From a bacterium (GTDB lineage Bacteria > Zhuqueibacterota > Zhuqueibacteria > Residuimicrobiales > Krinioviventaceae): a stretch of DNA of 64,000 nucleotides. Below, in pieces: positions 38,822 to 48,788 of this stretch (within the stretch, counting starts at the first letter, position 1; each line of letters begins with the position of its first letter). The notes below the pieces were generated by a model, which did not search any database, was not told where the DNA came from, and saw only the letters and a list, made by a program, of their open reading frames with translations. The translations under genes were made by a program, and so were the position numbers. Location: contig CAXXMD010000003.1 in the NCBI GenBank assembly GCA_963675755.2, positions 1,952,001 through 2,016,000 on the forward strand, read 5' to 3'.

Positions 38822-39977
38822 AAAAGCAGAGCTTGGCCATGAACTGGCCGAGCAAAGACAGGCCAAGGGCCTGACAGTTGAAAAGTTGGCTGATATAACC
38901 AAAATTTCAGTAAAGAACATTCAGCATCTTGAAAATGGAGTGTTTGACTTTTTACCCAGTGCTTATGTTAAAGCATATCTGAGTTCTGTTGCGCGTGAGC
39001 TGGGTTTGAATCCTGATGTTGTTTTGAAAAAGTATCATTCTTCTTTTGTCAAAGATGTGGATTCATCAGTGATGAATGAGGTCGAGTCGACAAAACTGGA
39101 TTTGAGAGATAAGCCCAAACCTGAACCATCACCAGAGCCCACACTGGAGCCGGAACCCGAACCTGAACCGGAGGAAGAAACAAAGATAGAGCAGGAAGAA
39201 GGCCAGCCGCTTGTACAGGAACCGATAGACGAAGATGAAGACGATATTGAACCGGAACCAGAGAATCCAGAAGAAAGTACTGAACCTGAAACAGAGCAAA
39301 AAGAACCGGAATCAGAGCCGGAACCGGAAAAAGAACCCGAGCCAGAGCCAGAACCCGTAGCTGATCCTGTACCTGTTAAAGAACCAGAGATTGTTGTACC
39401 TGAACGACCTGCAATCCCTGAGCCTCAACCGGAAATTAAAAATAATTATTCAGAACCCAATTTGGTTAAACAAAACTGGTTTGAAGATTTTAAATTGATG
39501 CTGGGCTTTTACAGTATTTTTATTTATGGCTTTCTTGCCGTTGCAGTTATTGTTGTTGCCCTGATTATATTTGTACCAAAACTGAAAAATACAGACAAGC
39601 CGGATAGCAAATCTGATTTAACGGCACAGAATACGCAAGCGGTAGAAGCTACTACGGATGTTATAGAATCAACTCCCGAGCCTGAAATGTATTCTCTGAG
39701 AATGGTTGTAACCGATACAACCTGGCTGCGTATAGTATATTCGGATACCCTTACAGACGAAGCTATTTTTATTCCGGGCGATGAACGCTCATGGCAAAGC
39801 CCATCCGATTTTTGGATGCGCATTGGCAATGCCAGTGGAATACATTTATATCTGAATGAAAACGATCTGGGAGTGCCCGGTAACGCCGGTCGCATAACCA
39901 ATATTAGAGTCACCAAGGATGGGATAGAAAAAGTCACAAAAAGTCAGTTCCCTGAGAAAATGAATACGGAAGGTTAA
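38802..39977 (+). CDS. RodZ-like protein (HTH, acidic Pro-rich linker, TM, periplasmic domain)
   Basis: N-terminal HTH (TKISVKNIQHLENG...YVKAYL), single TM, C-terminal TWLRI...RIGNASG. Confidence 0.85.
   Translation: MNNQKNKKAELGHELAEQRQAKGLTVEKLADITKISVKNIQHLENGVFDFLPSAYVKAYLSSVARELGLNPDVVLKKYHSSFVKDVDSSVMNEVESTKLDLRDKPKPEPSPEPTLEPEPEPEPEEETKIEQEEGQPLVQEPIDEDEDDIEPEPENPEESTEPETEQKEPESEPEPEKEPEPEPEPVADPVPVKEPEIVVPERPAIPEPQPEIKNNYSEPNLVKQNWFEDFKLMLGFYSIFIYGFLAVAVIVVALIIFVPKLKNTDKPDSKSDLTAQNTQAVEATTDVIESTPEPEMYSLRMVVTDTTWLRIVYSDTLTDEAIFIPGDERSWQSPSDFWMRIGNASGIHLYLNENDLGVPGNAGRITNIRVTKDGIEKVTKSQFPEKMNTEG
39112..39435 (+). repeat. Low-complexity (EP)n coding repeat
   Basis: Degenerate GAR-CCN tandem codons encoding KPKPEPSPEP...EPEPEPEPE...EPEKEPEPEPEP. 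Confidence 0.85.
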
Positions 39978-39984
39978 CCATACA

Positions 39985-41403
39985 TTGATTTTGATGAACG
40001 AAAATAAAAAGATATATTTCCTGGCAATATGCGGAACGGCTATGGCATCTTGTGCCGCTATGCTGAAACAAAAAGGGTACGAGGTTTATGGAAGTGATGA
40101 GAATTTGTACCCACCCATGAGCACTTTTCTGGAAGATCAAAACATACCGGTTATGCAGGGCTTTGATCCCGCGCATCTTGATCCGCAGCCGGATCTGGTG
40201 GTTGTTGGAAATGTGATCTCGAGGGGAAATGTAGAGATTGAAGAAATACTGGATAAAAAGATTCCCTATATTTCTTTGGCCGGTGCATTAAGAGAATTTA
40301 TGATACGCGGAAACCGGTCATTTGTAGTTACCGGAACCCATGGAAAAACAACGACTTCTTCCATGATGGCCTGGGTGTTCGAGTCTGCGGGCAAAGATCC
40401 CGGCTTTATGATTGGCGGCATTCCGGAGAATTTTGGTCGCGGATTTCAACTTGGAAGTGGCGGAGATTTTATTCTTGAAGGCGACGAGTACGACTCGGCC
40501 TTTTTTGAAAAGACAGCCAAGTTTTTACAATACCTACCGGATGTGGGTATTATCAATAGTGTGGAATTTGACCATGCCGATATCTATAAATCTTTGGATG
40601 ACATTAAACTGGCATTTAAACGGTTTGTAAATCTTGTACCAAGGAGTGGTTTGCTGATCGTTTGTGGTGATGATCCCGAAGCTATGGATGTCTCTGCAAA
40701 GGCTTTTTGTCCGGTTGAAACTTTTGGTTTTAATGATAACAATGACTGGCGGGCAGAAAAGATGCAGGTATCTGAAGGATTGATGCATTTTGATGTCTAT
40801 CACCATAACACATTACTGGGCAATGTAGCCCTGGGTGCATTGGGAAAACATAATGTTAAAAACGCGCTTGCAGTAATTGCTTCCGCACATTTCGCCGGTA
40901 TTGAATTTGGGAAAATACAACAGGCATTAAAAACATTCAAAGGTGTAAAACGCAGACTGGAACTCAAAGGAGAAGCCGCTGGTGTTGAGGTGTATGATGA
41001 TTTTGGACATCATCCTACTGCTATAAAAGAAACGCTGGACGGATTCAGACAAAAGTATCCGGATTCAGGAATATGGGCATTATTTGAACCACGCTCTGCC
41101 ACCACACGTAGAAATATTTTTCAAAAAGAATTTATAGAGGTGTTTGACAGTGCAGATTATGTATTGCTTGCACCTGTAAACCAACCCTCAAAAGTGGGTA
41201 ACGATATGCTGTTTTCACCGGAACTTTTAGCAGAGGATATACGTTTTAAAGGTAAAACAGCACATTATATAGAAACAACCGATGAAATGGTAAACCATAT
41301 CATCAGACATGTGAAAAGGGGCGACAAGGTAGTAACATTCAGCAACGGTCCCTTTGACAAGATACATGAAAAATTAATTGCTGCATTGAAAAATAATTCT
41401 TAA
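39985..41403 (+). CDS. mpl: UDP-MurNAc:tripeptide ligase (murein peptide ligase)
   Basis: ICGTAM, YPPMST, GTHGKTTT, EGDEYDSAFFEK, EFDHADIY, DDFGHHPTAI, EPRS. Confidence 0.95.
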   Translation: MILMNENKKIYFLAICGTAMASCAAMLKQKGYEVYGSDENLYPPMSTFLEDQNIPVMQGFDPAHLDPQPDLVVVGNVISRGNVEIEEILDKKIPYISLAGALREFMIRGNRSFVVTGTHGKTTTSSMMAWVFESAGKDPGFMIGGIPENFGRGFQLGSGGDFILEGDEYDSAFFEKTAKFLQYLPDVGIINSVEFDHADIYKSLDDIKLAFKRFVNLVPRSGLLIVCGDDPEAMDVSAKAFCPVETFGFNDNNDWRAEKMQVSEGLMHFDVYHHNTLLGNVALGALGKHNVKNALAVIASAHFAGIEFGKIQQALKTFKGVKRRLELKGEAAGVEVYDDFGHHPTAIKETLDGFRQKYPDSGIWALFEPRSATTRRNIFQKEFIEVFDSADYVLLAPVNQPSKVGNDMLFSPELLAEDIRFKGKTAHYIETTDEMVNHIIRHVKRGDKVVTFSNGPFDKIHEKLIAALKNNS

Positions 41404-41458
41404 CTTGAATATTCACTGCTTATTATAGATGGACTCAATATAGAAAAAAGAGGACTGT

Positions 41459-41917
41459 ATGTTCAAAAAGCGAAATAGAAATGATAATGATGATGAAAAA
41501 ATCAGGCACTTGTTAGATCAGGTGAAAAAAGATCTTGATGGTTCATTGGAACCAGTATCTCTGCAAAAATTGAATGCTTTTGAAAGAAAACAGATCCATC
41601 GGCATTTTGATCATAATCCAAACATCGTAACAAAGACCTATCGTAATGGGGACGATTATGAACTCAAGGTATATCCTGTGGGGAATTTAAAAAAGTTTGC
41701 TCAGGAAAAAGCAGATGAAGCTGTTCAATCAAGGAAAAAAGTAGTATTGCCGCATATGAGCAGCTATGCACGTTACGTAGTGCACGATTCCTTAAAAACA
41801 GTAGATTCTATCAAAGTGCAGAGTTTTGGAGAGGGAGCGGAAAGACACATTGAAATTGAACCCGAATTTTTCGGAAGAGGGTTGAAACGCATCATTAAAA
41901 AAATTAAATTGATGTAG
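41459..41917 (+). CDS. Tandem R3H-domain nucleic-acid-binding protein
   Basis: Two RxxxH motifs (LNAFERKQIH; MSSYARYVVH...SFGEGAERH). Confidence 0.75.
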   Translation: MFKKRNRNDNDDEKIRHLLDQVKKDLDGSLEPVSLQKLNAFERKQIHRHFDHNPNIVTKTYRNGDDYELKVYPVGNLKKFAQEKADEAVQSRKKVVLPHMSSYARYVVHDSLKTVDSIKVQSFGEGAERHIEIEPEFFGRGLKRIIKKIKLM

Positions 41918-41919
41918 TG

Positions 41920-43554
41920 CTAACTATTTATAAAGACAGGGTTTGTGAAACAATGGAATTCCCTGTCTTTGCTTTTACAAACTGTAACCAGTCTTATATA
42001 TCCCGATTTCGGTAAATTATCCAACTGTACACTCAATTCCAGAGAATACCCGGTATCTCTTGGCAGATCCAGGGATTGAGGGTGTTCTGTGCGTTTTATT
42101 TTATCCCCAATATAAAGATCAATAGATGATATCTCTCCAAACGCAGGAGACGATAATACCTTAATTTCAGCCTGCACATTACTTGCTTGAACCGTATCAC
42201 CCAATTTCGCCAGCTTGTTTCCCTCCTGAAGACTCAAATCCGCAAAAGGTCCATCGGTTACAATAGCCTTTCCTTTTTGTATGCTTTGCAGAAGCGAGTC
42301 AAGCGTAAAAGACCCCTCTAAAAATACGCCCGTTCGTGCAACGGCAAAAACTTCCAGATGGTTTTCTTTCATGCTCCAGAATGGAGTGCTCAACTGACGG
42401 AACCTGTTGAAATTGCCATGCGCGTCATTGCCGGCCAAAAGAACAGGTTTATGGCCTTGCAGCAGCAAGTCTATCCACGCGGGTAAACCATGTTTAAGAA
42501 AATGTTCCTTGTCTCCGTTCCACATTTGAACACCGGTTAACCCTTGAGCTGTATAATCAGCATGATGCCATTTACCACGATTGATCAGTAAGCGCTGTAC
42601 AAACGGAGGATTGGTTTCGGGATGCGATGCAATAGATACGGCATCAGGTGATAATTTTTTCAAAACATTAGAGATCTGCCATTGCGGGCGGGTTTGTAGT
42701 ATCTTTTCCGCGCTGTCTCCATAACCAGCAAAAAACTCTCGATTGTTTAATATCAAAAAATGTACGTTCTGGTTTTTGTGATTGCCGGCAGACAGTTCTT
42801 CTCCCGGTATGATGACAAAATTGTCATCCTCTTTGTTGATCTGTTCAATCGTCTGCCACAGATGCTTCCATTTTTTTAAATCCGGATCGTTTTTCAGAAA
42901 ATTGTTCCAATGATCATCCAGATCGTACGAGTGGTCAGAAACCGCAAAAAAATCGATTCCCATACGTTTGGCGATGGTTTTGGATGCAGAAATGGGGGCG
43001 CCAAATTCAACCTGATCGCTGGTATAATTACTGTGATAATGCAGATCGCCAAAATACCAGTTATTTGCTTTTGGCAGCGGATGTGTGTCGATCAATACAT
43101 CAAAAGGTGCGTGGGATGTTTGTTTATAGTTGTCATTTTTAATGCAATAGGTTTTTCCGGCAATATGGTAATGCATTTCAACATCAATCTGAACACTGCC
43201 TTTTGATTTTGCCGACAGGTCAATGTCGATCAGGTTTTCCCAGAATTCAGAGTCAATATCAAGGTTTAAAGTATTGTGGTATATGCGCTCACGGCTGTTA
43301 TGCGAAATAATATCAACATTAATCTCTTGCAGGGTAACGGGAAAGCGGTTTGCATCTTTGATTAGGATTAATACCGGCAGTGGCTGTCCCGGATTGATGC
43401 GGTGAGGTACATCTGCCAGGATCTCGGGCTGCTTAATAAAGTACCGGCTGGGAATCCCAGGGAATCTGAAATGGATTTCTGCATAGAGGAAAAAGAACAG
43501 CAGGGGGGCAAGCACGTGTATATGTGTATGGATGTCTGGAAATTCTACGAACAT
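41920..43554 (-). CDS. PHP/CehA-McbA-like metallohydrolase with N-terminal anchor
   Basis: GDLHYHSNY, FFAVSDH, PGEE, ASHP, GNDAH, C-terminal FTNPVF. Confidence 0.8.
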   Translation of the reverse strand: MFVEFPDIHTHIHVLAPLLFFFLYAEIHFRFPGIPSRYFIKQPEILADVPHRINPGQPLPVLILIKDANRFPVTLQEINVDIISHNSRERIYHNTLNLDIDSEFWENLIDIDLSAKSKGSVQIDVEMHYHIAGKTYCIKNDNYKQTSHAPFDVLIDTHPLPKANNWYFGDLHYHSNYTSDQVEFGAPISASKTIAKRMGIDFFAVSDHSYDLDDHWNNFLKNDPDLKKWKHLWQTIEQINKEDDNFVIIPGEELSAGNHKNQNVHFLILNNREFFAGYGDSAEKILQTRPQWQISNVLKKLSPDAVSIASHPETNPPFVQRLLINRGKWHHADYTAQGLTGVQMWNGDKEHFLKHGLPAWIDLLLQGHKPVLLAGNDAHGNFNRFRQLSTPFWSMKENHLEVFAVARTGVFLEGSFTLDSLLQSIQKGKAIVTDGPFADLSLQEGNKLAKLGDTVQASNVQAEIKVLSSPAFGEISSIDLYIGDKIKRTEHPQSLDLPRDTGYSLELSVQLDNLPKSGYIRLVTVCKSKDREFHCFTNPVFINS

Positions 43555-44663
43555 TGATTCAACTCTCGAATGGATTGGGCAATTTCAGCGGCAGGACGGG
43601 TATCTAGCCTTCCGGTGTGTTTTTCCACTGGTCGTCTGATGTACTTGTTCCAGGCATAACGGGTTTTTGACCACAGGCTTTTGGTCAAATAAGAATCGGC
43701 TTTGTATAGAAAAGAAGGGTCCATATAGCAATTCATAACGCATCCGCTGCAAAAATCGTATTTTCCTTCCATGTTTTTATAATCTTTGATTTTATCACTG
43801 TGATAGAGCGAGTACAGGCTGTTATTCACCGGGATTTTGTACTGATGATGATGGAAGCAGGGCAGCAACAAGTGATTGTCAGGAGAGATAACAATGGTTG
43901 AAGTCGTGACACGGCAGCGCGGATTTTCCGGATTGTTGCCTCCCATCCTTCGCAACTGGTGAAAGGCGCTGTTTATATAAACATAGGGCAGTTTACGAAA
44001 CGATTCAATGCGTTGCAGTGTACCTTCTGCCAGTTGATGTTGTTGTACATGAGAGAAAACCGGGTTAATAATAAGCATAAGACCCAGCTTGCCGGCGAAA
44101 CGGGCAAGGTTTTCGAGCTGGCCAATATTCTCCTGGGTAACGGTATACAAGATGTCCGGTGTTTCTCCCAGGGCTAAGGCCGTATCTATAGCCAGCATTA
44201 AACTGTCAAAAACATTTTTACCACGCAGTGTATTGTGCTGCTGAGGATCAAGAGAGTCCAGCGAGAAATGCAGCAGATCCACTTTACCCAGCAGGTCTTT
44301 GGCTTTTTGGGGATAAAGGATGCCGTTTGTGGTCAGGGTAGTACGATAGCCCATGGATTTTGCCATATCCAGCATCTCGGGCAGAGCGGTATGCAGCAAT
44401 GGCTCGCCGCCGGTAAAGTCTACGAATTTTAGTCCTAGCTTGCGCCCCTGTTCCAGATTTTGCCGGATTGCCTCAAGGTCAGCAAACTGACTTTTGGGAT
44501 TTCCGGGAGTGTCCCAAATATCACAGAATTGGCATTTGCAGTTGCAGCGATACGTGATATAATAATGTAAAAGTATGGGTGACCAGGGTAACTGCATTTT
44601 AAAACTCGGTTGTTTTGGAAAATATCGGATAATTCCTGTCTTTCCAGTCAATTTTACGGTCAA
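43545..44663 (-). CDS. Radical SAM protein with C-terminal SPASM/twitch-like cysteines
   Basis: CNCKCQFC, FTGGEP, TTNG; C-terminal C...LPC...CSGCVMNC. Likely start is ATG at 44597. Confidence 0.9.
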   Translation of the reverse strand: MTVKLTGKTGIIRYFPKQPSFKMQLPWSPILLHYYITYRCNCKCQFCDIWDTPGNPKSQFADLEAIRQNLEQGRKLGLKFVDFTGGEPLLHTALPEMLDMAKSMGYRTTLTTNGILYPQKAKDLLGKVDLLHFSLDSLDPQQHNTLRGKNVFDSLMLAIDTALALGETPDILYTVTQENIGQLENLARFAGKLGLMLIINPVFSHVQQHQLAEGTLQRIESFRKLPYVYINSAFHQLRRMGGNNPENPRCRVTTSTIVISPDNHLLLPCFHHHQYKIPVNNSLYSLYHSDKIKDYKNMEGKYDFCSGCVMNCYMDPSFLYKADSYLTKSLWSKTRYAWNKYIRRPVEKHTGRLDTRPAAEIAQSIRELNQCS

Positions 44664-45741
44664 ATATCAACATAATAGGAAAGACAAGAGTAAAATAAAA
44701 GTAATAGATTTTAAACGGCAGTATATATTTCAACAAATCCCTGCGGTCTAAAAATCCTGTAGATTTCCAGGTGGCAGTTAAATCTACCAGGGTCATGATG
44801 GTAAAGCCCAAAATTGCTGAATGGAATTGCAGTGTTATGATATTTAAAACAATAATGACATGGGCAGCAACCGAAGTAACCATCATTAATTTTGCTATAG
44901 GATGGACCGCGTTCACTGCGCTGGCCCAGCGTTTACGCTGGTTATAATATGACCGGACATGCAGAACCGGATCGCTTTTTACCAGTGAGTCTTGATGGAA
45001 CAAGAATTTAATTTTCCAGTTTCGGGATTTATGGATTTTGAGGATAAATGCAAAATCTTCTACAATGGTATTTCTAAGGTTTTTAAATCCACCTATAGAA
45101 TCAAACGTCTCCCGCCGAAAGGCCATGTTGTTGCCAAACCAACTGATTGGAAAACCATAGTGTCCGGTAGAGAGTGCAATAGTAAGTAAATATAACCAGT
45201 CGAATGACTGGATTCGACCAAACAATGGCATTTTTTCATTGGGTTTATCTAATAAAGTGGCCCCACCAACAAGTCCTAATCCGGGCGTAAATGCAGATAA
45301 CAGGTTTTTAATCCAACCGCGGGGCACCTGGCAATCAGCATCGGTTACGAATAAGAATTCACCTTTACTTTTTTCAACAGCAAACTGGATGGCGCCGGCT
45401 TTGCCGGAATTGTTTTCGAAATAATCTCCCAATGCAATGGGAATGATGTGTTTGTGTTTGTCAGCAAATTCTTTGATGATACTCTGGGTCTTATCCGTAG
45501 AATGATCGTCAACTATGATCAGTTCAAGTTTGTCTTGAGGATAGTCAAGTTCAATCAGAGAATTCAGGCAAGCGCTTATATAGTGTTCTTCATTTCTTGC
45601 TGCAACAATTACAGATACAGGTGGGAATTTGGTTAATGGTGGTTGATTATACTTTTTTAATCCGAAAAATATAATAATTCCACAGAGAATGTAAAGAGTA
45701 AAGATGCCATATTCGGCAAATGTTAAAAGCGTCAGGATCAT
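44599..45741 (-). CDS. Membrane GT2 glycosyltransferase (paralogue 5)
   Basis: AARNE, DDHSTD, TDADC, GNNMAFR, VEDF, QRKRW; N- and C-terminal TM segments. Confidence 0.92.
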   Translation of the reverse strand: MILTLLTFAEYGIFTLYILCGIIIFFGLKKYNQPPLTKFPPVSVIVAARNEEHYISACLNSLIELDYPQDKLELIIVDDHSTDKTQSIIKEFADKHKHIIPIALGDYFENNSGKAGAIQFAVEKSKGEFLFVTDADCQVPRGWIKNLLSAFTPGLGLVGGATLLDKPNEKMPLFGRIQSFDWLYLLTIALSTGHYGFPISWFGNNMAFRRETFDSIGGFKNLRNTIVEDFAFILKIHKSRNWKIKFLFHQDSLVKSDPVLHVRSYYNQRKRWASAVNAVHPIAKLMMVTSVAAHVIIVLNIITLQFHSAILGFTIMTLVDLTATWKSTGFLDRRDLLKYILPFKIYYFYFTLVFPIMLIFDRKIDWKDRNYPIFSKTTEF

Positions 45742-45748
45742 AGGTTTA

Positions 45749-46471
45749 TTATTCCGTATCTAGGTCCATTTCTACTGTGGATTGGTCGTTCTCAAATTTG
45801 ATTTTATTTGGAACGTTTAGCGGGGCGGGTCCGAACTGAATCGTCAGTTTTGTTAATGCTTTGGATATACGATTGGTCATGAGATCCGTTTTCCAGGCCC
45901 GTTCTACAATCGGCATAGAGGGGGAAAATTCAAGGTTCACAGTTTTTACATTGTCCTGATCAGCTACCGTGCCGGTAATATTCCAGATATGACTTTCCAG
46001 GTCAATGATGTAATTTAACGAATCACCGGCATTCAGGTCTTGTAAACGCAGGTGATACAAAAGCGATAAAATGTCCATACTTTTTTCCGGGGCAGGCCAT
46101 TGCAGATCATTGTCAGTATAGGCAATATTTTCATCACGTTTATATAGCGTTGTTACTTTTTGTTTTATATTCTTTTGTTTTATGTCTTTGGTGAATGAAA
46201 GGGTTTGCCATGTTTGTGTGTTTACCCGTGAAGTATATATATTGTCCACATAAAAGACAAAGCGGAATGCTTTTTTTGATTTCAGCTTCCATTGGAATTG
46301 AATGTCATTGGAATCAGATTGTTCACATGTCAATGAAGAATGAGCTGTAGCAAGTCCATTAAATTTTACAGAATAGTTTAACGTTTCATCTATAAATGGC
46401 AGGGTGTCTACTGCCCATGATGAGATGGTGAAAATTATTAACCAACCGAATGTAAATATCACTTTATTCAT
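45749..46471 (-). CDS. Exported DUF3108-like protein
   Basis: Signal peptide, ETLNYSVKF, FYVDNIYTS, DILSLLYHLR. Confidence 0.65.
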   Translation of the reverse strand: MNKVIFTFGWLIIFTISSWAVDTLPFIDETLNYSVKFNGLATAHSSLTCEQSDSNDIQFQWKLKSKKAFRFVFYVDNIYTSRVNTQTWQTLSFTKDIKQKNIKQKVTTLYKRDENIAYTDNDLQWPAPEKSMDILSLLYHLRLQDLNAGDSLNYIIDLESHIWNITGTVADQDNVKTVNLEFSPSMPIVERAWKTDLMTNRISKALTKLTIQFGPAPLNVPNKIKFENDQSTVEMDLDTE

Positions 46472-47658
46472 TCATTTACTTTCGACTGGTCTGTAAAAGA
46501 CAGGTGTCTGGGAGTTTTGTTAAAATCTGTAGAGTGCTTGCGCCCCTTCCATTTGAAATTGCCAAAAGTCCCCTGAAAACCCACATAAACAATATAAGGT
46601 ACTTGCAACACGAACCACAGTGGATACCATTTTAACAGATCTCGTCTGTTGTAATAGAACGCGCTTTTTAATGTAATTGCGCCATCCGCAAGAATTTTGA
46701 TGATTAATGCCCCGATGAAAAAAGACAAAGGGACGGATAAAAAGACTGCACCGAAAAAAGCAAGCGCTATGCTGATTGAATAAAGATACACCAACATCAG
46801 GTACAGAAAAAACGGGATGTTGAGGTATAATTGATAAGAACCGTTAGAGGCCCAACGAATACGTTGATTGATAAAGTCGTTCCATGTGGGCTGTGCTTTG
46901 GATACGGCAAAAGTTTTGGGATCTGCAGCAAAAACCGATTTATATTGGGTATAGCGGTTAATCAGTTGTAATAGCAATACATCGTCACCGGAAATGCGAT
47001 GAGCTATTCTATTAAATCCACCCACCTCTAAAAACGCCTCTCTTCGGTAAGCCAGATTTTGACCGGATGCGGCCATGGGCAATCCCATATTGCTGGTGCC
47101 AGCGGCTACACCCATCATCTGCATGAAATCAAACGCCTGAAGATTTTCAATGGTGTTTTGGTTGTCACGGGGAGTGCCGTATTGAGAAAAACCGATTACA
47201 AAGCCGATCTCGGGAGTAAAATATGATACCATGCTTTCAATCCAGGCCTTTTGCACGCGGCAATCCGCATCTGTTGAGAGAATCAGTTCACTTTTACTTT
47301 GTTCAATGGCCTGCTGCAAGGCAAATTTTTTGGGACTGAATCCATTTGGTACTGCCTGGACTGCAAGAGAACTAAAGTTGGGAAATCGGTTTGTAAATGT
47401 ATCTATAACAGCCTGTGTATTGTCTGTAGATCCGTCATTAACAACAATAACATTGAATTTATCTGCAGGATAAGTTTGTTGTGCAAGGTCCTCAAGAATA
47501 TTGCCAATATTGTCTTCTTCATCGCGTGCGGCAATGACTACCGTAACATGATATTGGGTTGTATTGCTGCCGGACTTTTTTGTCAATAATCCAATCAGGA
47601 ATAAAAGTATTGTAATAATATACAGTATTGATAAAAGTGTTACTATTGCAACTATCAT
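46468..47658 (-). CDS. Membrane GT2 glycosyltransferase (paralogue 4)
   Basis: AARDE, NDGSTD, SPKK, TDADC, GQNLAYR, SGDD, QRIRW. Confidence 0.92.
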   Translation of the reverse strand: MIVAIVTLLSILYIITILLFLIGLLTKKSGSNTTQYHVTVVIAARDEEDNIGNILEDLAQQTYPADKFNVIVVNDGSTDNTQAVIDTFTNRFPNFSSLAVQAVPNGFSPKKFALQQAIEQSKSELILSTDADCRVQKAWIESMVSYFTPEIGFVIGFSQYGTPRDNQNTIENLQAFDFMQMMGVAAGTSNMGLPMAASGQNLAYRREAFLEVGGFNRIAHRISGDDVLLLQLINRYTQYKSVFAADPKTFAVSKAQPTWNDFINQRIRWASNGSYQLYLNIPFFLYLMLVYLYSISIALAFFGAVFLSVPLSFFIGALIIKILADGAITLKSAFYYNRRDLLKWYPLWFVLQVPYIVYVGFQGTFGNFKWKGRKHSTDFNKTPRHLSFTDQSKVNE

Positions 47659-47670
47659 GAAAAATCCAAC

Positions 47671-48774
47671 TTATTTCCATTTAAACCATTTTAACTGACC
47701 CAATGCTCCAAATATTACAACATAGAATAAATGAGCAATGGAGGCAAGCGGGAAAATTGTCAAATAATGCCATTTTTTCATTTTACCGGCAAAGACAGCC
47801 AGTAAAAGAAAATCTGCCATAAATTTTGCAAAAAGCAGGAACAATGTACTGTTTATAATACCAAATAACAATCCAAGAAGAGTAATGAGTAAAAACAGAT
47901 TGAATAAATATACCAGAACCAGGATCATAATTTTTACCGGTTCATAGTGCAATCCTTTGGATGCATGACGCATACGCTGATGGAAAAACTGGCTGATATT
48001 TGACAGCATAACAGTTGGCACTTCAAGGTCGGCATCGTAAGCGTAACGGATTTTCCAATCCGTGTTGTTTAGCACCAGTTTGAGGAACAGGTCATCGTCA
48101 CCAGATGCAAATTGTTTGATTTTTTCAAAGCCACCCACCTCTTTAAATACGCTCTTGCGGTACGCAAGGTTCCGTCCGTTACAGGTGGCGGGGAATCCCC
48201 ACCCGGAAGTACCTGCGGCTATAGCGGCAAGAGATAGAGCATCCAGAGCCAGAAATTTTGCGGGTATTGTATCGATTGATGGGAGCTCGTAGGGAGAAAA
48301 ACCTATCACCATCCCCGTTTCGGGAGTAAAACGTTTCACCAGGCCCTGTATCCAACCCACGGGGGGAAAGCAATCCGCATCTGTCAATAAAATGAGATCA
48401 CCCTTTGCATGTTCAATACCCATTGTAATTGCGTTCTTTTTGGGGGATATGATAGATTCACGATTTTCTGTGAATAGTTGGGTGATTTTAGAATCCGGAT
48501 ATTCGCTTTGAAAAGATTGAATGTATTCAGCAGTATGGTCTGTTGAACCATCATTAACAATTATAATTTCGTATTTTTCTTTGGGATAGTTTTGTTCAGT
48601 AAGGGATTGCAGCAGCGCAACAATATTGTCCTGTTCATCCCTTGCAGCAACAATTACAGAAATGAATGGTTGATCATGAGACTCGGTTTTGGGTATCCGA
48701 AAAAGGCCCAGGGTAATCCACAGAATAATGGCAATATAACCGGCGGTCATGATAAGAAGAAGATAAAAAAACAT
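47671..48774 (-). CDS. Membrane GT2 glycosyltransferase (paralogue 3)
   Basis: AARDE, NDGSTD, SPKK, TDADC, GRNLAYR, SGDDD, QRMRH. Confidence 0.92.
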   Translation of the reverse strand: MFFYLLLIMTAGYIAIILWITLGLFRIPKTESHDQPFISVIVAARDEQDNIVALLQSLTEQNYPKEKYEIIIVNDGSTDHTAEYIQSFQSEYPDSKITQLFTENRESIISPKKNAITMGIEHAKGDLILLTDADCFPPVGWIQGLVKRFTPETGMVIGFSPYELPSIDTIPAKFLALDALSLAAIAAGTSGWGFPATCNGRNLAYRKSVFKEVGGFEKIKQFASGDDDLFLKLVLNNTDWKIRYAYDADLEVPTVMLSNISQFFHQRMRHASKGLHYEPVKIMILVLVYLFNLFLLITLLGLLFGIINSTLFLLFAKFMADFLLLAVFAGKMKKWHYLTIFPLASIAHLFYVVIFGALGQLKWFKWK

Positions 48775-48788
48775 AGAGTATGTACCGG

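Noticed and set aside
39112-39435. Repeats that might be a CRISPR array or DNA-level VNTR
   Set aside because: Degenerate in-frame Glu-Pro codons with no repeat-spacer structure and no cas genes.
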